A DNA stretch of 62,152 nucleotides, filler included, from Asterionella formosa (GCA_002256025.1; 6 parts of 6 records of this genome joined end to end with filler, not necessarily neighbours in it), one strand, 5' to 3'. Positions 10,938 to 23,839 are shown, counted from the whole stretch's first letter. The notes: generated from the letters alone by a model not told the origin. Translations and numbers: made by a program.

Positions 10938-11465
10938 ATGTTTTTTCGAAGTCGCGTGAATGTCGTTGTACCGCTGCTTGCCATTCTGCTGTCTTTTTCC
11001 CTCGCCACCTCTCCCGCTGGCGAATGCATTCCCGTCGGAGAATCTGGCGTTGGTAATAACTTTCATTGCTTGGATGTTACCAGGACTCCCGCTGTCCCTT
11101 GCAAGAATGAACACGAATCCTGCGAGACCTGGAAGTCCCAAGGGGAATGTCGGTCCAATCCTGGGTATATGCTGTACCATTGCCGCCAGGCTTGCAATGT
11201 GTGCCTCAGCCTCCATGTGGGTGCTATCCAACGATTACCCCAAAAGAAACCTGAGAATCTGCGTGGGTTTATCGAGCTGTTGGTTGGAACTCAACTCTAT
11301 GTCTATTCCCTTGTCACTGGCACGAACGCTGCACGTATCATTCACAAATGTGTCAATCAACATGAGCTTTGCACATATTGGAAAATGTCAGGTGAATGTC
11401 AGGCAAACCCATCAATGATGCGTGGAAGTTGTCCAGCTGCATGCGAGATGTGTGATACCTTGTAG
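10938..11465 (+). CDS. Secreted ShKT-domain protein (two ShK domains)
   Basis: Signal peptide, then CKNEHESCETWKSQGECRSNPGYMLYHCRQACNVC and CVNQHELCTYWKMSGECQANPSMMRGSCPAACEMC. Confidence 0.9.
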   Translation: MFFRSRVNVVVPLLAILLSFSLATSPAGECIPVGESGVGNNFHCLDVTRTPAVPCKNEHESCETWKSQGECRSNPGYMLYHCRQACNVCLSLHVGAIQRLPQKKPENLRGFIELLVGTQLYVYSLVTGTNAARIIHKCVNQHELCTYWKMSGECQANPSMMRGSCPAACEMCDTL

Positions 11466-11553
11466 ATAATGGTGATTCGCAGTCCACAGGCCATAGTGCA
11501 TGTAGGAAAAACAAACAGGCAATCAATTCCCAAACAATGTCGATACTTTTAAT

Positions 11554-12342
11554 CTACTGCAGACGTTTTTGATCGCTTGCTTTTTCCCTCAATTTCATGG
11601 CTGGTACTCGTCGAAGCGTCCTGTTTAATTTCACTTTGCGACGTTCCGCTCGTTTTCGTTCATGGTCTTCTGTCTCTATCTCGTTCCAAAGTGCAGTTGG
11701 ATTCAGCAAGATTTGCATCAACTTGCGACTTTCCTTTACTTCCTTTTCTCTAACCTCCAAAAGATAAGGACTCCTCGGAGCCTTCGAGTCTTTCAATAGT
11801 AAATGTCCCATGGCATCCTCAAATGTTTCTCCCTCTATTACCCGCTTCGTCTCCACCGACTGAACATCCATTGACAAGGTCCCCACTGCATGAGATGTAA
11901 ATCCTGTGGATGGTCTCAACCACGGCAGTGCATGCGTCTTGAGAAGCACATTGTCTTTAGTGTCCAAGGCAATCTCACTCACAAGCCGCGTGCCGTACCA
12001 TGCGGTTCCAACGTTGATACTGGCAGCCACAAAAAGTCCCAAGAGTCCCACGCTCGGGTCAACGTTGAGGTCAGCGTTGGAATATTCATTCACGGCTGGA
12101 ATAAAGTCAGCCACATACCAAGTCCAATACACGGTGTGGAGGGATGCCATTGTTAACATGGCACGCGGGCGGAAACTGCGATTCTCCGTGTCGCGTTGGT
12201 ACAGCAGAGTTGTTGGCGAGGGGTTGCTTTTGCCGCTATTGACGGAACTGAACGTTCTACATGACGTTGCATTGAATCGAAGCAGAGTGGTGGTGATACT
12301 GGCTCTTTGGCCAAGTTGTCGTGCCGCTGTCGTTGTTAACAT
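11554..12342 (-). CDS. Probable mitochondrial two-TM membrane protein (TMEM70/186/223-like)
   Basis: Arg/Thr-rich transit-like N-terminus from ATG 12342 (MLTTTAARQL...RTFSS), LLY motif, two hydrophobic helices, then 'RLVSEIAL'. Confidence 0.55.
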   Translation of the reverse strand: MLTTTAARQLGQRASITTTLLRFNATSCRTFSSVNSGKSNPSPTTLLYQRDTENRSFRPRAMLTMASLHTVYWTWYVADFIPAVNEYSNADLNVDPSVGLLGLFVAASINVGTAWYGTRLVSEIALDTKDNVLLKTHALPWLRPSTGFTSHAVGTLSMDVQSVETKRVIEGETFEDAMGHLLLKDSKAPRSPYLLEVREKEVKESRKLMQILLNPTALWNEIETEDHERKRAERRKVKLNRTLRRVPAMKLREKASDQKRLQ

Positions 12343-12394
12343 GATTGTAAATGATAATTTTTTTTTTGTCGCTTGCATTAGCCGATATGTTTAA

Positions 12395-12890
12395 GGGGGG
12401 GGGGGGGTACCTGGCCCCCCCACCCCCCCCCCCCCCCCCCCCCACCAGGTACCAGGTATCTGGAGTTGGTCCTGGTATTCAATTCGACAGTGATAAACCG
12501 TACTACCTGCTACCGGTCTGTAGACTAGAGTATTGGTGCCAGTACCCTGGTGCGGGTGGAGATATACCAGTACCAGGTACCTATCATGATACCAATGATG
12601 AACTCCCATGTACTGTACATACCGGTAAAGAAAAACACATGGGCACAAAATGTACCTACAGACCGGCATATGGTACCTGGTATCCCAGCGCAACCACCAA
12701 ACTCATTCAGTATGGTGCCGGTACCTGGTACCTGGTACCGGCAGTGCCTCGTACCAGGTACCTGGTACCAGTACCGTATATCCGGAATGACGATGTGTAT
12801 CATGCACCGGATGTCTTGTACCGGGTAACCTGGTACCTGGTGGTACATAAATGTATCAGTATTTAGAAAACAGAAGTACCGGTACTGTAC
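12395..12890. repeat. G13 and C-run tract followed by a dense GGTACC/TACCGGTA/TACCWGGTA array in a divergent promoter region
   Basis: Read directly; lies between divergent ATGs at 12342 (-) and 12945 (+). Confidence 0.85.
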
Positions 12891-12944
12891 TTGGTAAGCT
12901 CAAAAACAAACATTCGATAATACCAATCAAGCAACAAGCAAACC

Positions 12945-13724
12945 ATGTCATCAAGTGAAGCAGAAGCAGAGTTTGACGACGACGACGACGATAATGACAA
13001 CAATAAAAAGAACGAGAGCGAAGAAGAGGTTTTACTTTCGGGGTTGAAACGCAAGATGAGTCGTCCCAAACCAGTCATTTCTTATGCTGACAATGACCTT
13101 GACGACAGTGAGGACGATGAGGACAGTGGCGATGACATGCCACTGGCAGCCTTGAAATCAAACGCATCTCCTCCGAAAAAGAAACAGACGACCAAGGAGC
13201 CTCCCAAGAAGAAAACCACCGCCACCGCCACCACTACCACTGCGACAACATCAAAACCTGCAAGCAATAACAAATACACTTCTGTTGCAGAGGCTTTCTA
13301 CAACAGCGGGTCGACAAAGGGTATGTTGGTCCAGCGCTTGCTGGCTCGATGGTGGTATGCTATAGATTGGCCCATTTCTAAGAATAAAGGGGAACAGAAA
13401 CCACCAACCTACGATGCTTTGGACGGCTTTCCAGGAGTCTACGTATGCACCAGTGGTGACAAGGTTGGACACATTCTCGATACCAGAGATCCACTGAAAG
13501 CGCCTTGTTTTCGGAATATGGCCAAGAAAGGGGCGGAGGAATTGAAGCAATTGTTATTGACAGCTTTGGAAGAACAAAAGGAGCAATTGATCTTACATGA
13601 GGGAAAGGGAACACCCACTGAAAAAGAAATCGACAACATGATAAAAGAGACAAACAAGGTCAATGCCGACAAGGCTGACAAGGAAGCTGCCACACTCTTG
13701 AAGGCAAACAAATTAGCTCTTTAA
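12945..13724 (+). CDS. Hypothetical, probably nuclear protein (acidic/basic N-terminus, LLARWWYAIDWP core)
   Basis: 259-aa ATG-initiated ORF with NLS-like PPKKK motifs and a globular-looking C-terminal half. Confidence 0.75.
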   Translation: MSSSEAEAEFDDDDDDNDNNKKNESEEEVLLSGLKRKMSRPKPVISYADNDLDDSEDDEDSGDDMPLAALKSNASPPKKKQTTKEPPKKKTTATATTTTATTSKPASNNKYTSVAEAFYNSGSTKGMLVQRLLARWWYAIDWPISKNKGEQKPPTYDALDGFPGVYVCTSGDKVGHILDTRDPLKAPCFRNMAKKGAEELKQLLLTALEEQKEQLILHEGKGTPTEKEIDNMIKETNKVNADKADKEAATLLKANKLAL

Positions 13725-13867
13725 TCGTCCATTCACAGGGAAAAGGAAACGTTTTTAGGAGGAAGTGCAAATTAGAACATCTTAACGACCATGTTGCAAA
13801 CCTACTGGTGGCGCATGCTTGAAGGCTAAAAGACATGATCTCATTAGAATTATTCATATTATCTTTC

Positions 13868-16800
13868 TTAGAAATCGTAGTGAAGTCCACTCTGAGTAGC
13901 TTCATCTTCTTTTCGGATATCCGGCCGCAACATGTTGCGGGCACCAAGTAGTGTGTACGAGACGGCTTCATTCATGCTAGCCAAGGGGGCAAGGATGGCA
14001 ACAGGAATACCCTTCACAACAGATTTGGCAGCACTGGCAGCTCCTTTGTCTTGAAATTCCTTATAGGGAATTACCACAATTTTGTAGTTGGCATGATCCA
14101 ATCCACGAGCTAATGATTCCATGGCATGGGTTGTTGTTTCGCCAACATTTCGTGGTGTGTCCTGTGGGCGGGAGGGAACGAATGAAGGTATTGACTTTTG
14201 CAGTCGTTGGGCTGCAAAGTTTGTTAAACGGGCCGTGGCATTCAAGGTTTCGAATGCAAAAGTTCCTCCAAAGGAGGATAAACCTGATCGAATGGCACGA
14301 CTTACGTCGTCGCCATTCCGAATTGCCTCCCAGGGCAAAATCACCATATCTGCAGCACCCCCACCAATACTAGTAATGGGCTGAAAAGGAGAAGCGTTGG
14401 CGACAAATTTGTACATTTGTGTGGCACAAATATCCTTGACCCAACATGATGCCAAATCACCCATGACGGATCCGAACCCAACCTTGTCTTTCAATTCTAC
14501 TGCTTGAAGGCCAATAACCATGTCATTGAGTGGACTGAGATTAATAAGTTCGACGATTGCCCCATCCCGAAGGGCCTCGACGTCGACCTTCTCAGGTGTA
14601 TAGTTTACTTTCATCTTGCATGCCTTGACTTTGAACCAACTGAACCTTGGAGGTGGAAGCTCCTTGAGATGAGTGGCCCACTTATGCGGTGGCTTCACTT
14701 CGTCAGATGTGAAAAAGGCCCGAGCAAAACGTAACCCTCGCTGGTCGATAAAGCAACGAAGAGGAAGAATGTGCAAAACAGCATGATTTTCATCGTTGGC
14801 GATCTCATTCTCCGGAGTGATGCGATTCACGGGTTTCCAATTCACAATCTTAATCATCAACAAGCCATCATTTGAGTCTCGTGGGTGCTCAATTTCATTG
14901 AACCACTCGCCAAGAAGCTTGACGGGCTTCAGATCACTGATCGTCTCAGCGATGAACAAGTCAGTTACCTTGAGCTCCAAGCATGAAGCTAGTCGGTGAT
15001 GCGGGGACTCGGAAAATGTGTCCAATCGAGCCCTAAGACCAGAGAGTGATATTTGTAGAAATCGATTCATGCGTCGGGCCAATCGTCGCTCTTCTGTTAA
15101 ATCCCGAATCAAGATTGCTCGCTCCTCTGGCAGTGGATTACTTTCGAACGTCCTATTCTCGTTTTCATCAAGAGCGCCGTCGAGCAATGCTCCCATTAAT
15201 CGAGATTTCTTTTCTTCTACCTTTGGGATTTGGGGTTTCTCATTCACGCCAGAAGTAGCGCCTTCGTCGCTGGTCCGATCCATTGTGTCATCAATAATAA
15301 ACCTGTATTGTCGTGTGGGAACACGGGCTCGCTTCTTGACCTGACTAGGCCAATCGTATCCATCAAAGAAACGACATCGAATCGTCAAATCACGAACTAA
15401 CACTCTTATATTTACAGATGGTGCATGCGGCGTTCCTGCGAATATTGCAGCATCCATATCTCCTTGACTTAGTGGATCTGATACCTCATTAAGCTTAATG
15501 TGATGTGGAATGATTTGAAACGCTGGTCCAACTTTCTGAGAACCTTTGGCGCATTGCTCGTTGCTAGTGCGTACAACACCTTGCTCATGAACGGGATCCT
15601 CCGAATCATACCATTTTGCAGTCTGTTCTTCGCCAGGTTTTAACTCAATCGCATTAGTTCCTTGCTGCGACCAACCGTAGTCAACAGTGGTCCAGTCATA
15701 CCCGTCAAGGTTGAAGCCTTGATCCAATCTTTCAACGCCGCCTTTATTCGGCGGGTTCAAGGCAAACTGTTTTGATCTCCACTCGCCCTCATTCCCAGAA
15801 CCAAATTCTTCAATTTCACATGCTTCGCCATCGAACGAGTCGAAGAACTGTTCAGTGTTTTCTTTTATTCTTGAAGCGATTTCTGTGGTCTTGTTTTTCA
15901 GGGCAAGTATAGACTCTTCAGATAGAGCCGTTGTATAGATGTTCCACTCGCTTACAGTATTAATCAAACACTCAAAAGAGTCCTTACACCCATAGATGCA
16001 CAAAGTTCCAAAAGCGAAGTTGGCTGTGATGTTCGGTTCAATGGCCTTTTCTACTTGAGGCGTTCGTGTAATGAATGCAGTCACTGAGTCAATTGTCAAC
16101 ATGATGATCAAGTTCATATCTTGCTCGGTATTAATCTGGGATGATGAGACAATTAAATCCTCCCTTGCAAGAAAGTATCCCGACCGAGGCAAGCTCCTGT
16201 TCTCACTATTGTGAGGGTACCGCCGATTGCAGAGCAGCAAGGAAATGTCACCCACTGACAACCGAAATGCTTGGACCGAGCCAGCTGGTGAAACTATGTT
16301 ACTCGAAAAGCGCACTTCACTAACACGACATATAGTGCGCGAAGGATGCGTAAACTGCAGTGGTGGAGTATAATCAACATTGCAATCCGCCAAAGTTACA
16401 AACAGCTGAAGTACTCAAATTCGTAAGAATTCCCATTTTAAGGTGAATTGGGATATGTGCCGATCGACGTACCTTTGTTAACGACTCTGCTTTTCTCGTC
16501 GGTGTGTCCTTAGGGACTGTTTCGGTGTTCTCGTTATCCGGTTTCCCAAATTTGACCAGCCTCGCGAAACGATCCAACCATTTCGATTCTATGTCGTAAC
16601 GATAGGAAATGTTATACAAAGAAAAGTAGACACTTGTTTCGTGAAGACGGGATTTCATTATATCCACGAGAAAGACGGGACTTTCAGGAGACAGCACAGA
16701 GAACAGTGCCGACCTGTAGAAGACGGGCCTTGACTTGGTGTAACTGTTTCGCTTCATACGTTGTAAAACCTTTTCACAACAGGAAAGCACCCGAGGATAT

Positions 16801-19675
16801 AACACCGGCTCGACCCTCTCTGGTCTTGCTGGAAGCATTCTGTCAGCTGCGAGGAATTGCAAGCAGTGAAGAATGAGCAAATAATTGTTTTTAAACCGTT
16901 CCTCCGCGATTGCTGCTCACCTTCGTAGAGATCGAGACGTTTCGTGGAAAGTCTCGTATACTCTGTATCAGCACCGAAAATTGTAAAGCAATTCCAATCT
17001 TCTCCAATAACAGAAAAAGAGAACGATTCCCACTGGGCATCATCTAGTCCACCTGATTCATCCATAGTGTGGTGACAACAAAGCGTAAATTGCTCAATAT
17101 TTATCAAGAGCCCCACCGAGTTTGCACCACAAGCCTGGGTAGACATGGAGTCATCGACTTCAGCTGCCACTTCCCTGTTTTGAATAAAATGTGAAAATGA
17201 TTTGCTTAGTATTTGGAGGAGGGCGACCAGCTCCAGCTTTGTCAAATCAACATTGAAATCCGGAATTCGAAGCTCGATTGTGCTATTGCATTTGTCGGCT
17301 GCTTTCAAAAATGCCGGTTGAGGATCTGGGGATCGTAGAGGAGATGCATCTTCATTATTTGTGCCAACCATCAATGGGATTGAATTCAGGTCATCGTCAT
17401 CCTCTTGTCGAGCCTTGAACGACGAAAATGGTTTCACTACAGGAAATGCACCACGACCGACCGACTGAAATGCAGTTCTTCCATTCCGTTTGTGGCATAT
17501 AGAAATAGGGGAATGGCCTGATGACGCAAGAAGATCAAATCTTTGCATTGAAGAGATCCGTCCCACAGAATCCTTTCTAGGACCAGTCACGAATAACACA
17601 GTCCTTTGACAAGAAATCAAGTGTCCTCTAATCTCTGAAGACTCCGATTTGACGAAAATCTGGTCAAGGGTTGAGAGAGTTAAATCTTCAAAAGTCAAAC
17701 CGATATAAGTGTGGTCTGATATTGGTTCCTTAAGAAGATCATATCCGCAGCGGCGGAACAGTTTTTCATCGCTTTTCTCCTCCTCTTGGGCAGAATGAAA
17801 GTCAGGTTTATCAGCAGGAATATAGATGCTGATACACGGTGATAAGATAGACAATTGTACGTCGCATTTGGTTTCGGCCGCTGTGGATATGTGAGAGGTT
17901 TGGAGATTTCTGCTGCTGTTCCTGTGCTTTTTGAATATCTTTCCCTCTTGAACTCTTGACAATAATTCAAACACTTTCGCTGCGACATTTGGATGAAAGA
18001 ACAATTCTGCTGACTGTAGTCTAAGCTCCATTGAAGTGAGGTTGACATGATCTCTGTCGTCCTTTTCAAAAGAGAAATCAATGCATGGAGCAGATGAAAC
18101 TACATTTCGTTCATACATTGTCCCATCGACGTCACTTTCTTCTGAAAACTTGAGTATCGTTGAAATCTCTGTTCTATGTCCAACACTTTGCGATGTTTCA
18201 ATGAGAACATGAAATATACTCGCTGATATCGAACATGAGTGTGATGAAAATGATGACGAAAGATTGAAATCTCCTATTGTACAGAGTAAATATTCAGCAG
18301 GTCCTCGTCGAGGGAGAGCCGTCGGTCTGCAATCTTGGAATGACAACTTGACAACTAACTCCAGCAGATGAAACTTGAATTGAGTATGCACGCAATCAGT
18401 TTCTTCAGCTAGCATCATACTCTCTTGAAGTATGGACGCAAAGTGTGCAACACTCCTATCGTTTGCATCAAAGAAGGCATCAAAAGTCAATGTCCCATTT
18501 TCAGAATTCGGCAACAGCATACCTCCTCGGACTTCGTTACGTTCAGCCAACTGCTTTGCTTGCTCATATTGCTTCATTATTCCTTCTACAGTGTGCAAAT
18601 CTTCGACGTCGTCAAATATTTTTTCAGTTCCCCTTTTTTGTTCTAATAATTGTTGCATTTGGGCATATTGCTCGTGCTCGTTGATTGCAATCGCAGTCGT
18701 CCCAATTGAACATGGGGTTGGTGTGTTTAGCAGGTCGCTCGCTACGACGAGGATCCGATTCAAAGAAGTTTCCTCCATTGATATGTTCAGACGTTGGTTC
18801 ATTTTTGCCTCAATGTCATTCTGCACTCGAATGCAAACATCCTTGTCCCGTCTTGAAGTATGCGCAAATTCGATGGCTCGTAAAGTGACCTGGCCTGTAC
18901 CATCTGTCTTTGCAATAACGCTTGACTGTTCGATCTTCGAGTCGCCACGAAATTGAATTTCCCCTGTTTGTAATGTTATTCCTGAGTAATCAACGGCTTT
19001 GTAAAGAGCGATTCGTGATGTCGACGGTAGAACAGGAGGCGTGTTCCCCAGTTCCACGTCGTGATAATATGCGCTAGCAAGGCCTATCTGAATCCACTTT
19101 TGACCAAAATCCGTTGGTAATCCAACAAACCGTATTCTTAAATCGTTCATTTGTACACTGAGGCGAAGTGAATTTAAGGCAGTATCAATATATGTAGTAA
19201 TCATGCCGCCTGTGGAACTCTCTTGTGGTGCCAAACGAACGCCATTGGCAGGATCCGATAATGGCACCGCCGCCTCGGTGAACGGTTGAATGGATAATTC
19301 AATTCCATCGACTTCAATATGAGCTATCAGTGACATTCCACTATCGCCTCCTAGCTGCATTGCTCTCCAAGCGACGCTGCTAGTTGAGTTGGAGACCACC
19401 CTGCTCGTCGAATATTCTTGGAGGGATAGATTGATCTGCAGCTTTCTGATTCGAGCTGATTCGATGATAATACCTGATCCTTGAAACTTATCACATATTA
19501 TCGACGTCAAAAAGGCAGCATTCAGGTCGATTTCCTTCAAGGTAAACGTTCCTTCTTGAAATGACACGTCAATGGACTCATGAAGCTTCTGTAGCGACGT
19601 GTGGGTCAAATACGGGCCCAGAATTCGTCGTAGAAGGAAGGCGTAAAGTCTCTGCTTCCATTGAAGGTAAGCCAT
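13868..19675 (-). CDS. ATG2: Autophagy lipid-transfer protein ATG2 (~1888 aa); exons 19675-16921, 16846-16473, 16405-13868
   Basis: Chorein-N start (QRLYAFLLRRILGPYL), LPLRCFIDQ...FF motif, KVNYTPEKVD, and C-terminal KGIPVAILAP...TLLGARNMLRPD. Introns 16920-16847 and 16472-16406 are GT-AG and preserve the frame. Confidence 0.92.
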
Positions 19676-20523
19676 GGTATAAATAGATGATCAACGCATC
19701 CGCACTTTCTTTAAATCACGTCAACGACAGGCTTCCGAAAGGGGAACACAACGACGATGATACACGAGCGGGTTTCCTCCCCTTCGCGTGACAAAACGTA
19801 CAAGCCAAGAAATATGTGGAAATGCAAGCAAGGAACATCAAAATTCTTTGTTTACCCTCTTATGTATTATTCCGGTACATATATTCTTTTTTGTTCTCCT
19901 GTTGGTTTCTACAGTATGCCTCAGAGAGAGAGATGCACGACCATGGATGTAGTGTAGCTGGTACCAGATACCAGTACCAGGTACCGGTATGGAGACGATG
20001 ACACGAACTGAAGGGAAGGCCTGGTAATGCTCTTTTTTACTTAGAAAAGATTAAGCAAAATATCTCAATTACCAGACCTTCCGACCGAGGAAGCAAAAAT
20101 TTGCTACGTAGACTACTAATGCAAGGTGCAGCTATGTACATACCGGTAGAGGTGCCCAACTTTTAAATACCGGGTACCAGGTAGCAGGTCCCTTGTCCCT
20201 GCAAGTTGTGGTAAATATACTGAAAGTCAGTTACGCATGAAATATTTAGCCACCAGCATAATGGATCCTTACTGGGGTCCTATTAATGTGCTGGCCTGCT
20301 CGAAACTTAACTATGGTAGAACCGGCAGGCTCGTCAACGGCTTGATTTTCTATTATTGCTTATATTAGTATGCAATTTGTTCCGTTCAATCGAAATACAT
20401 ACGTATCGCTCATAATTCAATTAACTAAAATGAATTACCAGTATGGTGCTATTTTTGTGTTTGTCTGATGCTACATAGTTGTGTGTGTGCGTCTGACAAA
20501 CTGATGTCTGAAAACTACCGGTA

Positions 20524-20734
20524 TTACCGTGGCATGTGTCTGTCAAGAACTCGTCTGAATGTTTTGCTATAAAACATTTCAGAGGGTCTTTCCCACGGAA
20601 ACCACCGCCCACCTTCAATTGAGGTTCCCCATTGGTGTAACCTCGGATTTTTGGTATCTAACTGAATGTTTTCAGAAAACTCTCTCGACATTCTGATCCA
20701 GCCTTCTTCATGCCAGATTTCCATTTTTCGAACT
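20524..20734 (-). CDS. Possible 3' end of a gene cut by the contig end
   Basis: Open, protein-like frame (EIWHEEGWIRMS...GGRWFPWERP...*) running to the gap; no family recognised. Confidence 0.3.
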
Positions 20735-20834
20735 NNNNNNNNNNNNNNNNNNNNNNNNNNNNNNNNNNNNNNNNNNNNTTAATTAATTAANNNNNNNNNN
20801 NNNNNNNNNNNNNNNNNNNNNNNNNNNNNNNNNN
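20735..20834. other. Artificial contig spacer
   Basis: Same 100-bp linker. Confidence 0.97.
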
Positions 20835-22934
20835 TGGGGAATTTGTGGGAGTTTTTGTTGGAACCCTGGTGGGATTGGCAGTTGGGGAAATTGTTGGAGC
20901 GTTTGTTGGAACCCTTGTGGGAGCGACTGTTGGGGAATTTGTGGGAGAATTTGTCGGAACCGTTGTGGGAGTGACAGTTGGGGAAACTGTTGGTGAGTTT
21001 GTTGGAACCGCTGTGGGAGCAACAGTTGGGGAAAGTGTGGGAGAATTTGTCGGAACCGATGTGGGAGTGACAGATGGGGAATTTACTGAATCATTGGTCG
21101 GATCCATTGTGGGATCGACTGTGGAGACGTGTGTTGGAGTGTTTGTCGGAGCATTTGTGATACTGACATCCGTGGAATGAGTGGGAGAGTTGGTCGGAAC
21201 CAATGGGGAATCCAGAATGGGAGAGCTGGATGGAGTGCCTGTAGGAATGCTTGTCGGAGCGATGGCTGGGGCATTTGTGAGAGCAGGAGTAGGGGCATTT
21301 GTAGATATACCTGAAGGAGAAGAAGTGGGAGACCCAGTGAGAAAGCTTGTCGGTAACGCTGTGGGAGGAAAGGTGGGGGTATATGTCGATGCACCTGTGG
21401 GAACAGGAGTAGGGGTATCTGTATGTACAACTGTGGGAGAAGAAGTGGGATACCCAGTGGGTATGCTTGTCGGTAACCCTGTTGGAGGAAAGGTGGGGGT
21501 ATATGTTGGTTTACCTGTGGGAGCAAATGTTGGTTTCTTAGTGGGGTTGATTGTGGGAATTTTTGTGGGCACGAAGGTGGGGGTATTGGTGGGACGAATT
21601 GTTGGAGCTGTTGTGGGTTTCTTTGTAATTATCGTGGACGGTGCCTTGAATGTATCAACGGTGGTTGATTCTGATGCTGTAAAATTATGCCCTTGCTTGA
21701 TGAGCGCATTGTTTAAATACAATTTGTAATACCCAGGAGCTTTGATTCCATCCCCACCGTAATCAAGAACGGTGAAACTAAAAACCTGATTGACGGGAAG
21801 GCAAATATCGAAGACAAGCGTTTTTCCGTTCATAGACCTAGCAATATTGTTGTTGTACCCATTTGTCATAGGGTTGATAAAGAGGTCGGGCCCTGATAAT
21901 TCCCACCCAGTTTCATTCGCGTATTGGTCGAGCAGGATTTCAATTTTCAACGCTGCCCCATCGGACGTGCATACTTCATTGTTCTTGCGATACAGCGACC
22001 AAACGATGTACATGCGTTTGATCTGACCTGGAGTGAACTCTTCCAAGCATGGATCATCGGTATAATCCATATAGTTGTGAACAGGATCGACTCCAGGTAG
22101 GCCAGGGCATGAATCCCTCCCAATTGGACAATTGGCACTATAGCTTGCCTGCTGGGGCGTGTCACTAACAAAGTCACCTGTGTTGTTGGCACTACAGGAA
22201 TTGCCTTGAAATGTGTGGTACAATCCAAGCCAATGGCCCACTTCATGAGTCAGTGTCTTTCCAAGATTACAGCACGACGCACGTCCTCCAGGGACAGTAT
22301 TAATGTCCATGAAGGTTCCATCGATGATATTGAATCTTGATAAATCCACACCAGTATTGAAAAGCGCAGGAAAGCGAGACCAGGATCCCCCCCATAGCTT
22401 CCCACCAAAGTATACCATCAATGTTTCCGGTCCACCTTTCTTATACAGACTTCCTATAGTATAGTCGGCGCCTGTCATGTTGATATAATAGACATCGTTG
22501 ACAACGTATGTTACATTCATAAGGAAAAAAATGAAAGGAGTAGCTGCAAAGTTGTCATTCAAAATTTGAAATTGCGCAGTAACCACGGCATTGGTCATTT
22601 CAGAAGGTTGCCCGTTGTTAGGCTGAAAACTATCGATTGGGGTTTAAGAAATGTTAGTGAGCGAAACAGTTATCCTCGACAGTCTTGCGAAAAAGTAGGC
22701 AACCACAAAAAGGGCGATGTTGACTCACATGACGAAGTAAGTTGGTACAACGATGCTTCCCAAATCAGGCATACCGCCATATGAAAATCTTGAGCTCGCG
22801 AATGACCGAATTTCGCTATTAATTTTAGCTGCTTTTTCAGGAGCTGGGGTCTCGGTAATACAACGCTTTGAGTGCCCATGTGCGTGTGATAAATAGAAGA
22901 GGACAGTAAAGACCATCAGCGACAGGCTCAACAT
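20835..22934 (-). CDS. Secreted M43 (pappalysin/ulilysin-like) zinc metalloprotease with Pro/Thr mucin-like tail, 3' truncated; intron 22728-22630
   Basis: Signal peptide, KRCITE cysteine-switch-like segment, THEVGHWLGLYHTF, Met-turn HNYMDY, and PT repeats running into the gap. Confidence 0.92.
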
Positions 22935-23839
22935 CTTTACATCATTTTACTGTACACAGGCTGGCAGAAGCTGAATGTAATTGCGAACGTGAAGATTAAT
23001 GATAGCTGCAAGCATATGCACTAATAATTGAAGCAATAATGCATTACATTTGTATGATTGCTGTGCCTGCATACATGTATGGTACCGGTAGTAGGGTCTA
23101 CTTGTACAGAAACAAAAGAGAAACGAACATCTCTATCTACATATAGTATAACCTTCTTTGTCTGAACAAATAGATCTCTCTAAAATGGTAATAGAGGACC
23201 GGTTTTTCCCATGAATGTTCACTATCATGTATTGTGGACAAGTCCTAAATGTGTTACTCCGATAACAGCGCACCAACAGCAGAGATTTGAAATAATTAAC
23301 AACCAAGAAATTGCATATGCATAGGTTAATATGATGACAGCGTACGTTGAAACCGAATATATAAGGGTACATGCCACATGTACATACGGTAAATTTGAAA
23401 CCAAGTGAAATCTTCACACGTTGGAGGCGTTACATGGTCACCGGTGATGGTAACATTTGTTATTGTTTCATTCTTTGTACAGTGCATACCGCATCATCAC
23501 TCCAATATATCATGTGGTAACAGGTGAGCGATCCTGCGCAACGATATACATATCACAGATCTGTATATTTTGTATCATTTGTATGATCACGGTACATATA
23601 ATGTATCGGATCATCGAGTCTTGAAAAGAATTCGATGAACAGCCAAAGACGAAGCACAATCAGCTACCGGTGCCGTACGTACAACTTAAAACGACTGTCA
23701 TGTCGCTTCGCTTGACTTCTCTTCCTTGGACATGCACTCAAATCACTATGCATAAATAACAAATTATATACCAAACAAGGGACAATTCATCCCCGCTCAC
23801 TAATATAATCAAAAACAAAACGATAACCGTAATAATAGG

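Noticed and set aside
12351..12866. Overlapping ORFs rich in VPGT/WYQVP/YRY (also at 4195-4479, 1044-1424, 34887-35270)
   Set aside because: Translation by-products of the GGTACC arrays; no domain content.
12444..12890. Possible CRISPR array or restriction-site (KpnI/AgeI) cloning artefact
   Set aside because: No constant repeat-spacer period and no cas genes; eukaryotic context; the motifs are degenerate and dispersed on all contigs.
20845..21729. Val/Gly-rich ORFs (also 25060-25704)
   Set aside because: Antisense shadows of the Pro/Thr repeat tails.
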